DNA of 62,715 nt, filler included, from Welwitschia mirabilis (taxonomy: Eukaryota): NCBI GenBank assembly GCA_051453625.1. It is 4 parts of one record of this genome, joined end to end, with 100 filler letters (N's around TTAATTAATTAA, not from the genome) between each part and the next. Parts side by side here need not be neighbours in the genome. Positions count along the whole stretch, not along the records: positions 40,187 to 57,782 come from JBOZIK010000001.1; positions 57,883 to 62,715 come from JBOZIK010000001.1; 2 more parts are not named here. One strand, given 5' to 3'. Positions 50,220 to 62,715 of the stretch are shown here, in pieces. Made by a program: the position numbers and the translations under genes. How positions within the stretch are numbered: the stretch's first letter is position 1; each line of letters opens with the position of its first letter. The notes under the pieces were generated by a model. It was not told where the DNA came from. It saw only the letters and a program-made list of their open reading frames with translations, and made no database searches.

Positions 50220-52310
50220 TATTTATGTATATAACTTAACTAGATTTAAATAGGTGGAAACCTAGTATCATTCTTACACAAAGATATATATGGTAACTAA
50301 ACAAAAGATACATAATACTTTAACTTGTAATGAAAATAAAAAATAAAATATAAAATTAGAGTTTAAGATTAAGTTAATCTTTGGTTAATGGTGTNNNNNN
50401 NNNNNNNNNNNNNNNNNNNNNNNNNNNNNNNNNNNNNNNNNNNNNNNNNNNNNNNNNNNNNNNNNNNNNNNNNNNNNNNNNNNNNNNNNNNNNNNNNNNN
50501 NNNNNNNNNNNNNNNNNNNNNNNNNNNNNNNNNNNNNNNNNNNNNNNNNNNNNNNNNNNNNNNNNNNNNNNNNNNNNNNNNNNNNNNNNNNNNNNNNNNN
50601 NNNNNNNNNNNNNNNNNNNNNNNNNNNNNNNNNNNNNNNNNNNNNNNNNNNNNNNNNNNNNNNNNNNNNNNNNNNNNNNNNNNNNNNNNNNNNNNNNNNN
50701 NNNNNNNNNNNNNNNNNNNNNNNNNNNNNNNNNNNNNNNNNNNNNNNNNNNNNNNNNNNNNNNNNNNNNNNNNNNNNNNNNNNNNNNNNNNNNNNNNNNN
50801 NNNNNNNNNNNNNNNNNNNNNNNNNNNNNNNNNNNNNNNNNNNNNNNNNNNNNNNNNNNNNNNNNNNNNNNNNNNNNNNNNNNNNNNNNNNNNNNNNNNN
50901 NNNNNNNNNNNNNNNNNNNNNNNNNNNNNNNNNNNNNNNNNNNNNNNNNNNNNNNNNNNNNNNNNNNATAAACTAAAATTATTATTTTCTTAAGTCTTAG
51001 AGTTAAGGAATAATATCATCCACCAAATGGGTGTTGATGAGTTTTTTAGTTCTTTTGATTCTACATATCCCTTCATAAGCATAAAAACTATGAACAAAGG
51101 TGCATAAGATCCTTTAAATAATAGCAACTAAAAATATCATATAAGTAACCTCAAACAACTCACTCAATATGAAAATAACTTGATTATAAAATAGTTTCAT
51201 CTAAAAATTGCTAATACCAAATGAATGATCATTAATAATGAAAGAATCAAACCTTCTTAATAAGTAGCTTTACCTAAAGATTACTAATACAAAATGAATT
51301 ATGCATTAAAATGGAAGGAAAATAAACCAATTATTGTATTAAAATCTAAAAATATACTTTACATTAAAAGAAGAAAGGTAAAGAAGAAGAACTCCTCAAC
51401 TAGCCTTGGACGTTCTTTCCCTAAGGAAGAGGATTAGCATACCATAATGTTCTAGCACTTCACGTCTTTTCATCATGTTAGCCAAGAAAAACTCCTTTAC
51501 AATGAGGGATTAATGTCCTTTTATAAATAAATGAAGGCCTAAATAGCTTTGTCATGATTACATTAGATGAACAATTGATAGGCAGTTACATAAGGAAGAT
51601 TACTTAAGGGTGGTTACTTAAGGATGAAGTTACAATATTTGGCATGTAGCTACAAAGAAGGATTATTCATCTTCTTATGCAAACATGATTATGACATGTT
51701 CTCTATCTACTGACGATGCTACCAACAAATTCCATATTAGGTATCTTCCATGTGATCTTTCTCATTACATCACATTTTTCTCTGATATATCATCTTATAC
51801 TTCTACCAAGTGTCATTAGATTTAAAGATTTATTAGAAATTACTTTTAAATTATCTCAAAATTTAATTATGATAAACTTGCTAAAACAATTAGAAATGTG
51901 AGTTTTAAAAAATTTTTCTTAAAAGGATGACAACGCTTATAGTCCTAGATGGCAATGTCAGCATTTGATGCTAGGATTTATTTAGTTTGGGAGAAATTCT
52001 TAAGAAGAAAATAATACATCTACTCATGTTANNNNNNNNNNNNNNNNNNNNNNNNNNNNNNNNNNNNNNNNNNNNNNNNNNNNNNNNNNNNNNNNNNNNN
52101 NNNNNNNNNNNNNNNNNNNNNNNNNNNNNNNAATTATTAAGAAGAAAATAATACATCTACTCATGTTATGGAAAAGTTCATAATCTTACAAAAAATAGTA
52201 AAAAGGATAGAAGAAATTAATATTTAATAAAACAATCCATTTTGATATTTCTCTGTATGCTAAATTAAAATATTATACTTGTTTATAATGTCAATTTTCA
52301 CATAAAAATA
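50220..52310 (-). repeat. 5' LTR of family B copy 2 (contains two N gaps)
   Basis: Homologous to 44944-46404; adjacent PBS reads TGATGCCATTGCTAAGGA on the minus strand. Confidence 0.82.
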
Positions 52311-52470
52311 ATATGTCAAGTGGTTTATCAATGTTCAATGTTGAATGATTAAGTTTAATTTAATATTGTTTTGATAAATTGGTCTAATTAAGTTTAATGA
52401 CCTCTTTCTAATACCAAAATATTTATGAATTTTTTTCCAAACCAAGGGATTAGTATTTTTATTTTATTAG

Positions 52471-53314
52471 TGTTGAGGTGTAACTCCCTTAGGAAAACAA
52501 AAGTTGACTGATTTAAAATTAAAATGCTAATTGTATTTTTATTGAACAAGAGAAATTATCAAGACATCACAGCTATGACTAGATGCATATATAGGGAATA
52601 AACTCTCCAAATTATCATTAAAATAAAATACTACATTCCAGAGAATATAAAACATCTTGCCTATACTGATGTGTGAAAATCTTAATTTAGAATAGAAATA
52701 AGATCAAAATAGATGAGCTAATTTTAAGAATTAAGATCATCATCTAAATATATAAATTTGATGTTTAATTTTTAGGCCACTTTAGACATGAATAGTATGT
52801 TTTTGGATGTAAGAAATAGGATATATTTCCAATTACATAAAATTCCAATATGTAATAAAAATGTTCATTTATTTTTTAGATATCTTCCATATTTTCAAGG
52901 CCATTTAAACATTCAAAGAAAGAGTAAATGAAATTTTTGATTAAAATATCAAAAGCTAAAAGCAAGAATTAATAAAAGGAATAATCTCTCAGTGAAAATT
53001 TACGAAATACATAAATGCTTATTCTTTATACTTTTATCAAATATAAAGTATAAACTATTCAAATGTTAAATCACATGGACATAGCAATAGATTGTAAAGG
53101 TAAATAGAATGAAATTTAAAAATACATGACATATTCCCTTTTGTGTTAATGTGCATTATCCCTATAATGATTATGCCAAGTAAGCTTGTTGTTCTCTTCC
53201 ATCTTCTACACATGCTTCTTTCTTGTGTCCTATTAACATTTTTCCATTGATTAAAAGGAATACTAACTTCCTTTAGTGATGTCCCCTATTCTTCTTCTTT
53301 TGTTAATGATTCTT
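52471..53314 (-). mobile_element. Possible 3' end (PPT plus ~660-bp LTR) of an unrelated LTR element, perhaps a chromovirus
   Basis: Minus strand AAAAGGGAATA|TGTCA at 53131 and ...CCTCAACA at 52471; faint QWKN...EACVE chromodomain-like words upstream. Confidence 0.3.
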
Positions 53315-55134
53315 TATTGTGATGTGTATTTGTGCAAATGTTACATCCTCAAAGAAATTATGAAAATCACTAAGAAATATATATTACATAATACAACATA
53401 ATAATATAGATGAGAGTGGATCCAAATGTCATAATTCCATTGAAGAACAGATGAGAAAAAAGAGAATCGATTTCAAATAAAATATTAATGTACTTCCTGA
53501 GTAGAATAAAATAACAATGTAAAATAAAAAAATGCAAATAAACATACTATAGAAATGAGATGAAAAAACTAATCTAAATGCAACATCTATTTGATTAATA
53601 AATTAACCTGTGATAAAGATCAGCCTTATATAATCTAAATTAATCTAGGAAAGCTATCACTAGACTAAAATCAACCTAAGCTATTAAGTGCATCCAACAG
53701 AATATGAAAATAATGTAAGTTAATATAGAGAGTAAAATGTAGTTCGCCTAAACTACTAATATCAATCTTAACAAAGGTTTCCCTTCATAATCTATATCTT
53801 AGATGAAGCTATCATAAAATTATAAGAAACATAAACCATAAAAGAGATGTACATAATAAAAGAAATGAAAAGAAAAATAGAGTTTTGATTAATTTAGAAT
53901 CAATACTTGTGTTACAGAGTATCTCAATGAAGGATACATAGCCTAACACCAATGAATATGTCTCTCTACAACTACAAATATAGATCTTCTATCTTTTGAT
54001 CTCCTATCACAAGAATTTTTAGTGCCAAAGAAGATAAAGTCATAGTTAAGGATGAAGGAGGTATTTATTATAAGCAAAGACGCTAAAAATAGGAAATATT
54101 AATAGATGTACTAAAATCCTAATGGCTACATAAGAAGACACATGACACATGGAAAAAGTTTGATGAATTTTGATAAAGCATTATATTTAGATGTCATCCT
54201 ACTAGTCATTCAGATGTTATAAGAGATGATACCACATCATATAGGATTTACATCAACTGCTAGATTAGTCTAGTAAGCATCTTAGTTAGCATAAGTTCTT
54301 CTTTCATCCATATTATTATCTAGAAAATAATATGAATTATGGAATTTATAAAAATGTTTCTTATGTCAGATCAGCCTCTTTGATTACAAGATTACTGCTT
54401 TAGATAGAAAGTATTGCAATTATCCTATAATGCTATCAAAGGTAATGAAGATTACATGTTTTCATGATATTTTCTTGAGATCTTCATTATTGTCAAAACT
54501 TAGTATAAACCTATCTATTTTCTACAAAACTATTCAAAATACCCTATCAAATATATATAATTTGACAGTGCAACATAACCCTCCACTTAACCTTATTCGT
54601 CCTTGACAAACCCATGTAAACAATTATGATTACGAGCCAAATTATCTAAAAATAAATCAACTAGGAAACTATAAAATAAATTTAGAAATAATCTTAGAAA
54701 TCTAAAAATGTATAATAGAAATGTCAAAAACAGACAACTAAATGTTTTACTTGTGCAGAGTAAGTGGTCATACTATCATCGTGGTGGTCATCCTAATTAC
54801 CCCCCACTTAGATGTACAACATATCATAAAAAATAATCATGTATAACATAAAAAATAATCATCATGAAATGTCTAAATAAGATGATGTGTAATAATATCT
54901 TAAAAATAAAAGATAAACATAGTAATAATACTTAGAAAGTCATGTCAATATAGAATCATGAGTTTTTAATACAATCCATGAAGGGAAGATACATAATACA
55001 ACATAATAAATCACTCTCCTTATTATGTCAAAATAAATTCCTAATGTGTAACAGGCTCAAGTGCAGTGGAGAAGATGAAGGATGCTTAGGATCTATAGGG
55101 AAATAGTGATCAAGAACTGTCATGATGTAGTATG
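53315..55134 (-). mobile_element. Family A copy 5: end of env-like ORF, 3' UTR, PPT and complete 3' LTR (53315-54575)
   Basis: 54576-55134 is the reverse complement homologue of ~9890-10545; LTR is homologous to 10546-11794; interrupted at 55135 by a copia LTR. Confidence 0.87.
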
Positions 55135-57782
55135 TGTTAAATTAATATTTTCCAAGTTAATGTTAATATAACATTTTTGGTTTAGAAAAATATGTTGTAT
55201 CTTCTACAGAAAATATTAATCCTTGTAGGTCATTAGCTGAAACATTTTATTACAAATTAAATCTAAAATTGATAGTTTTAATACCCTTAATGGAGTCAAC
55301 CAAATTCCTAAGGGGTCAACTAAATCTGAATCATAAAGTATCACAAATTGATCATAGAGGGGTCAAATAAACTTGAGCATCAAATCTCTCATAGCTAATC
55401 ATTAAGTAATCGACCAGATTCTAGAGGGGTCAACCAAACCTAAGTATCAAATCTTTCATAGCTAATCATCAAGGAGTAAAATAAATTCTAGAGGGATTAA
55501 CTAGACCTAGACCATAAAAATAATGTTGCATTTTTATAGACATGGGATTAACCAAATGAATATGTGGATGACCAGATATGCGGTCCACTAGATTCTGAGA
55601 AGTCAACTAAACATAGAGCCATAATAAATAGGCATCAACCAAAAGAATATAAGGGTGATCGACTTTAGTGATGGTACTAAAGGGGATTAACTTTAGTAAG
55701 GGTTCAACTAGTTGTGATGGAAATGGGATTTTTATAGCCATCTGAGAATCCATTATTATCCTTTGGAGAGTCTTTTCACTTGTAAAAACCCTTAAAAACT
55801 TATCTTATGTATTTTCCATGAGTTAAAATCACTACATAACGTTTGCATACTTTTGGAATCATTGTAGAACTCAATGGCACATTTTCTATCTAACCAAAGA
55901 TGAATAAAAAGCTATTGTTATCATTTGTACTTAGTCAAATTAGTTATAATATACATTTATGGATTGTACTATCTTCTCAAGTAGTGTAACAATATTATTC
56001 TTAAGCTAAAGATCTACTAGAACCTATGCATTTTATCACATCATTATTATCACATTGCATTCCTTCTAAAGGTTAAGACTAAGCCTCAGAAAAGTCTGAT
56101 TATAAAGGTTATAGGTAAAACTAGAATACTTAGAAAGAGATTAATAAAGATTTAAATTAGGCTTAGGTAGAAGCTAATCATCAAGAGTGGAGTAGGGGAT
56201 TTCTCAAATCACTATAAATTGTATGTGCATATCCATTTATGCCTTTGTACTTTTAATTCTTTATTTTTAGATTATTTTCAATTTTCATTTTGCACAAATA
56301 TTTTATCATTAATTTCTTATTAAGATAGATTGTGAATATATTTGTTTAAATTCTAGATTCTATTCACTCCCTTCTCCTCTTCCTCTAGGATTCTAGATCC
56401 TTCATTTGGTATTAGAGCTAGGTAGAGTCATTGTTAGATCATAATAGGTCTAGACTCTTGAACCTTAAAAATGAGTAATCCTTTAAATGGATTTTCTACT
56501 AGTCATCCACCCATGTTTGATGAATTATACTATGCCTACTAGAAAGCCTATATGAAAATATTTCTTAGATCCTTAGATGTAGATAGAAATGAGGTCATTT
56601 ACAATGGTTACACTATGATAACATTATCTAAAACCGATGCCCATGTAAACATCATTATGATGGCAAAAAATTGAGGTCAATATCCCCCACTGATAGATCC
56701 AAAGCTATCTTAGATACCCATGCTATTAATGTAATTTTTTATGTAGTTTATGCAAATGACTTCAAACAAATTATAAACTATGAAAATGCAAAAGGATCTT
56801 AGGAAATACTTGAAATAACACATAAAGGGACATCTATTGTTAAAAAGGCTAAACTCAAAATGCTTATTTTCAAGTATGAAAACATTCACATGGATAAGAA
56901 AGAGATACTACAAGAATTCTTTACTAGACTAACAAACATCATAAATTTTATGATAAGTTTAAGTGAAAGAATGAAAGAAGCAAAGGTGTTTCAAAAAGTG
57001 TTAAGATCTCTTCCAATATGCTTTGAGCTAAAGGTCACTACCATTGAAGAAAGTAAGAACATCAATTGCATAACAATTGAGAAACTACAAGGTAATCTTC
57101 AAACCTATGAATTGAAATTTACTAAAGATAGAAAAAAAGTCTTACTTTGAAATATATAAAAGAATAATATAGATCCAAAAATTAGATGAAGACCTTGATG
57201 ATGATAAGGTTGTCCTTCTAGCAAGAATATTCAAAAAGCTTTTGCATAGAAGAAAGTAAAAAGGTAAGCCAAGTAGAGGATCAATAAGAGGTTATTTCAA
57301 ATTTAAAAAATATAAAGAAAAAGAGAAGAAGATCTAGTGTTATGCTTGCAAAGATTATGGACATGTTACAAATAATGTCTAAACAACAAAAATATCAGAG
57401 GAAGTTAAAAACATCATCCTTCATTACTACATGAAATAATGTAGATGAAGAAGATGATAGCATCTCTAGCCAAGAATCAGATGGAGATCAAAGGCTTTCA
57501 TTCATTTTAATAATACCTCCCTTAAATAACTTGCCTTACTTGTGTGAACCTAATGACTTAGATCTTATTAAAGAAGATTAGAATGAACTTGAAGATACCT
57601 ACCAAGAACTTTACATAGAGTGTGAAAAATTGGTGAAATGCATCAATGATTTAAATAAAATAGTAAAGGATCTAATCAAGGAAAAAAAGGAATTGAAGAG
57701 AAAGTACAAAATGTTCTAAACTAAAAATTTCAAGCTTTCTCTAGATGTAGATAACATATCACATATTGTTAGTAAATTTTTA
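55135..57782 (+). mobile_element. Second Sirevirus-like copia element: 5' LTR (55135-56404), PBS (56407-56418) and gag; truncated by scaffold end
   Basis: TGTTAAATT...CCTTCA then TGGTATTAGAGC; the LTR carries GGTCRAC repeated motifs. Confidence 0.87.
56471..57782 (+). pseudogene. gag: Copia/Sirevirus gag remnant (UBN2-like region, zinc knuckle, coiled-coil extension)
   Basis: GFSTSHPPMFDELYYAY*KAYM; ORF 56860-57150 KVLRSLP...KVTTIEESK...LQGNLQTYE; CYACKDYGH (~57338). Confidence 0.88.
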
Positions 57783-57882
57783 NNNNNNNNNNNNNNNNNN
57801 NNNNNNNNNNNNNNNNNNNNNNNNNNTTAATTAATTAANNNNNNNNNNNNNNNNNNNNNNNNNNNNNNNNNNNNNNNNNNNN
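57783..57882. other. Artificial scaffold-joining spacer N44-TTAATTAATTAA-N44
   Basis: Same 100-nt unit as the other two spacers. Confidence 0.95.
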
Positions 57883-60800
57883 CTTACTAAATGGGGTGAA
57901 CCTTAACAAAGGTTGTCCTTAAGATCTAAGTAAATCTAAGATTATCACGACTAAGATCAACTTAAATCATAAGAAAGATGCACAATAATGAGAAGAAAGA
58001 AGAAATTGTATTAATAAACCATAATAACATTCACTTACAAGATCACAATAATAGTACCTCAATGAGAGGGACACAGCCTGACACCAAGGAGACGCCTTTC
58101 TGCAGCGTGGGATGGACCTCTTGCCCTTCTAGCTTCTATTACAAGTATGGAGTATAAAAGATGGAAAATGAAAATGAAGTGAAATAAGGGTATTTATAGA
58201 TTTTTAATTAAGGAAATTAGAGGCCAAACCCTAAAAGCAGGAAAAGAAACCCTAATAACTGCATGGCCCGTTTGGGACTCTTTACAATATAAAAACAATT
58301 GTCATCCTCTATGTCATCCACACGACACAAGGGATGATGCCGCCTTAGCAGCTTAGGTTGTGTGCCATGCGGCTTGGGTTGTGTGCCATATGCTATCGTC
58401 AATCCTCTAGCCATCGTCTTATCTATCATCTGGATGAACATGCGGATGATGCCCTCTCGATATGTGCACCAAGTGCTACTATTGGCATTATAGGCTTCTA
58501 TCCATGTCAACAGTCTAGTCATCCTAGTTGTTGTGGGGATGATGTAGGGGATGATGGTCTTCTTTTCCTCTTTTCTCTAAGGTCAATCATTCTTTGCATC
58601 ATCTAGTTCTTCTTTCAATCCTGTAATATCAAAATAAGCTCAAGAAACTACCAAAAATGCTAGATATTACATGTTTTTCTAATCATCCTATCAATTATTC
58701 ATATACATTAAAACCTATATGAATGTCCTACAAAAGTACTCAAAATACACCATCAAATTCCCATAAATTAGCATCGTAACATAGCCCCCCTACTTAGCCT
58801 TATTAGTCCCTAATAAAGTAAGCGATCAACTAGATTGTGAGCCAATTTGAAAAATTAATGCATGCAAAATGTAAATTGGGTCTATAGAAAAAGATATCAT
58901 TAATAGATAATTAATACAAATTCTGAAAATTTTCTTAAGCCTCTTAGTTAAGCATGTTACTACAGAATCAATGCAACATACATATAGAATTTATAAAGTG
59001 ATTGTATGACTCATAAAAGTGAAATTGTGTATGCATAATAGAGAACAATAACAATGGACCATCATGACAGCTTAAGTAGTTTCTATATCCCATAGCTCAC
59101 AATAGTATCATCAATAAGGCAAGAAGCAATAGTAAATATAACATAATTCAAATGATCAAGAAAAAAATATTTATAAGTACTACTAGATCCTGCATGATAA
59201 AGTGCATGAATGCTCAAAAATTTTATTTAAATTTTCATTAAAAAAAACTCATCCAAAATAACTTGGCAAAAAGATTAAATCATGCAAGCTTGAAAGATAT
59301 AAAGATATGTATTGATCATAATAGATTAACACCCAGAAATGTGTCCTATCCCCTCTCCCCCATAGGAAAAGCAAGACATCCTGAATTATACCTAAAGCAA
59401 AAAGAAAGTATCTTCCCCTCTGTTGTGGGGATGACTGAGAAGGATGATGGACGCTAAAACAGTTCTTTGGAAACAGAAAATGCAAGAATGTAACAAATGG
59501 AGTAAAGAGCTAGAAAGGTGAAAACATGATGGATAAGTGGATTATGGTAGAGGAAAAATGCACCAAGGGAAAAAATGCTATTTAAAGATGCCATGAATAT
59601 GCCCAAATGCATGAAAAGCTGGAACTCATCATATCAAGAAAACCTACCAGAAAGAAACACCCATCCTCTAGAAAACATCACAAGAAACTAGAAAATGGTT
59701 AGGTCCATGATATAATGCTGAAAAAGTATAAGGAAATAACTCAGAAAATTTTAACAAAATAATCAAAGAAAAAGAAAATGAAAATGGACAATAAGGAACA
59801 TGAATAAAATTGCTTTATTACCCTAAAGGCTAACCTAATAAATTCCTATAGTAACAAGCATAAAATCACTTGATTAATGGTGCATGACATAATGTATAAA
59901 TTCATAAAGTTTAACTCAATTGGGCAATGATTATAATGATGTTGAGTATGCTAATGTTACAAAACAATAAAGGATAATATAAAAATCTATTAAAATACAC
60001 GGATTGATAAGCTACCATATCAAAACAAACACTAAAATCCAAAAAGTGAAGTGATCATGTGGAAGTACTAGAAATAAATAACTAAAGAAAAGCTATTTAT
60101 TTGGTTCATGATGAGGGGATTGCAACCATTGTCATAGGAGTAAGGACCTACTCAGCATGGCCAACTAACCCTCCAGTGGAGTTCTCACAGCTACAATATC
60201 GCACTACCAAAAGCCCCTCTTGGGAATATTTACCTTGATACACTTGTAGTAGGACATCATGATTACCATGTATGTAACGATATAATATAAAAAAAGCATG
60301 GTAGGTTATTTTCTTTTCTGGTCTTTTATTTTATTTCTCTCTCTTTTTTTCTTTTATTTTTCTTTTTTTTTTTAAAAAATGGTATTATTCCACATGATTA
60401 AGTACTTGTAAAGATGAAAAGGAAGAAATGAAATGAGTAATAAAATATGATCCTACACAAACAAGTAATTTACTTACATTATTAAAAAACAACAAAAAAA
60501 TCAAGACATCTTCCTTTTAAATGAAGTTCATAGACATACAAATGTTTGAAAATTGGATTAAGCCAATTTTTATCATTGTAAATGCCCAAAGTAAAATATT
60601 ATTCATCATGGAAATCTTATAAGTAAATACAAATGTCAAGTTAAAGATGTCCAAGTGATAACATGATGTTGACCAAAGGAATGAGTTAAGAAAGATTTTA
60701 GGTAATGGAAAAAGAAAGGTCCTCCTTTTAAAGAAGGGATTCCAAAACAAGTGCTTCTATCATGTTCAAGGTTTTATCAAAAAATAACTCATAAAGTTTT

Positions 60801-62715
60801 AACCTTTATCCATTAGCTTTTTGGATTTCTTTAGTATTTAGATCAAAAATTTTAACTGAGCCATTTGAGTATACTTTTTTGATAAGATAAGGGCCTAACC
60901 ATTTAGAAGTTAACTTGTTTTGTAGAAGGTGTACTCGAGTGTTATATAATAAGACAAATTGGCCAAGTTTAAACTGTTTATAAATAATTTTTTTATCATG
61001 TCGAAACTTGGACTGAGTCTTGTGAATAAGTTGACAAATGTAGGGCATGAGTACATATTTCATCCAAATGGTTGAGTTGGACTAAACAAATTTTGAGATT
61101 TTCATTTAGGTCAGTAAAGTTCAGTTGATAGGTAAAACAATAAGAATTATAACAAAAATCAATTGGTAAAACACATACTTTACCATACACAAGTTCAGAG
61201 GGTGTGAAACCAAAAGAGTTACATCAAGTAGTACGATAAGCTTAAATAACATCATTAAGTTTAGAGAACTAAATCTTCTTATTAATAGAGACTAATTTTT
61301 GAAGCATTTTCTTAATCTCTCTATTTGCATTTTTAGCTAGACCATTAGTTTGAGAATGATAAGCATAAGAAACTCTATGTTTAACACCAATGGATAGAAG
61401 AAGTTTTTGAAAGAGGTGGTTAATGGAATGGGTACTTTAATCACTGATGATAATACATGGAAATCCAAATCATTGAAAAATATGAGTTTAAATAAAGTTA
61501 CAAATAGTTTGGACATCATTTTTGGAGGTAGGAGCAGCTTCAACCCACTTAGTAACACAATTTACATCTAGTAAAATATAATTTTTCTCATTGGAAGGTG
61601 GTAAAATTAGGCCTACAAAGTTGATTCCCCAACAATCGAAAGGTTTAAATTCAAGTATAGGTTTTAGGGAAATATCATAAGAATGAGTGAGATTACCATA
61701 ACATTGACAAGTATCACACTTCCAAGAAAAGTTAAATGAATCTTTAAAAGAGTTGGCCAATAGAATCTAGAGTGAAGAATTTTAATAACAGTCTTTTAGT
61801 TACTAAAGTATCCCCCACAAAATCCACCATGACAAAGTGTTAAAATATCCAAAGTTTCCCATTTATACATACATTTATGCATAATTTTATCTTTGTAACA
61901 TCTATAACGATGTGGCTCATTCCACTCATAATCATTGATCCTATGGAGAAAAGTTCTTTGTTGATTTTGGTTCTAATGCTGAGGGGTTTTCATAGTTACT
62001 AGATAAATAACGATGTCAGCATACCAAGGAGTGGAGTGGGAAGAAGAGATAGCATATAATTATTTAATTGCAAAGAGTTACTCATCAAGAAAGGAATCAT
62101 TAATAAGAGTTTTATCAATGAAGCAAGTAAGATGAGAAAGATGGCCAGCCATCCTATTATTTTTTCTAGCCTTATCAATTATGGTAAGTTTAAATTCTTA
62201 CATTAAAAGGATCCATCTAATAAGTCCGGCACTAGAATCTTTCTTAATCATAAGATAATGAATGGCTGCGTGGTCCGTGTACACATTGATATGAAACCCA
62301 AGAAGATAGTATTGAAGATGGTNNNNNNNNNNCTATATTTTTGACTAAAAACCCCCCTATAGCAATGTTACTTGCATCACACATAAGTTTAAAGTCTTTG
62401 TTCCAATCAAGACCCATAACAATAGGTTTGGAAGAGATTTTATCTTAAGAGTTTTAAAAGTAAGTTGGCATGACTCTGACCACTCAAATTTGACATCTTT
62501 TTCAAGAAGAGAGTAAAGAGGTTTACAAGTTTTATCATAGTCATGAATGAATCGATGGTAAAAACCCACATGTCCAAGGAAATATCTAACTTATTTGATA
62601 TTTGTTGGGGGGTTAAGATTTTTAATGATGTCTACCTTTGTGGGGTTCATTCTAATCCCTTCCACTAAAATGTGGTAATCCAAAATAATTCCATATTAAA
62701 CAAGAAAGAAACTCT
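57883..62715 (-). mobile_element. Family A copy 6: pol 3' half, short 3' region apparently without env, PPT (~58783-58796) and partial 3' LTR (57883-58781)
   Basis: Pol is homologous to 4240-6320; PPT AAGTAGGGGGG is followed by TGTTACGATGC; LTR is closely similar to 42940-43869. Confidence 0.9.
60698..62715 (-). pseudogene. pol: pol remnant (RT C-terminus, RNase H, integrase with GPY motif)
   Basis: ORF track: GFYHRFIHDY, CDTCQCYGN, PFDCWGINFVG, VTKWVEA, KLTSKWLGPYLI. Confidence 0.93.

Larger units (their letters stand above)
44944..52310 (-). mobile_element. Family B copy 2: two-LTR non-autonomous Athila-like element without recognisable RT/RH/IN
   Basis: LTRs 44944-46404 and 50220-52310 align; PBS-Asp at ~50196-50213; PPT-like GTTAGAGGA at ~46407-46415; gap-free internal region ~3.8 kb with no pol motifs found. 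Confidence 0.82.

Noticed and set aside
60115..60200. Loose resemblance to the 3' half of plant 5S rRNA (TACT.AG.ATGG...CTCC.G.G.AGT.CTC)
   Set aside because: Needs several gaps, the 5' half is absent, and it is weaker in the 6687-6840 copy; an Infernal 5S search would settle it.

Overview
This is AT-rich eukaryotic (land-plant-type) repeat DNA from a gappy draft assembly. I find no intact host gene, RNA gene or CRISPR array. Three synthetic N44-TTAATTAATTAA-N44 spacers (17439-17538, 40087-40186, 57783-57882) show that four separate scaffolds were concatenated. Nearly all readable sequence is nested, decayed retrotransposon DNA: six partial or near-complete copies of one Athila-like Ty3/gypsy family ('family A', tRNA-Asp PBS, ~1.1-1.3 kb LTRs), two copies of a second Athila-like family ('family B', one a two-LTR pol-less derivative), two Sirevirus-like Ty1/copia elements, two L1-type LINE remnants, a 131-bp tandem array and some fainter remnants. 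Coding regions are broken mostly by stops consistent with C>T/G>A transitions. I did not find a convincing new biological system. The best leads are a conserved, apparently base-paired ~160-nt non-coding block after pol in two family-A copies, env-like ORFs sharing a motif across gypsy and copia, and a non-autonomous element whose gag seems to lack its capsid core and ends in an unrecognised tail. All alignments, translations and boundaries were made by eye and are approximate.
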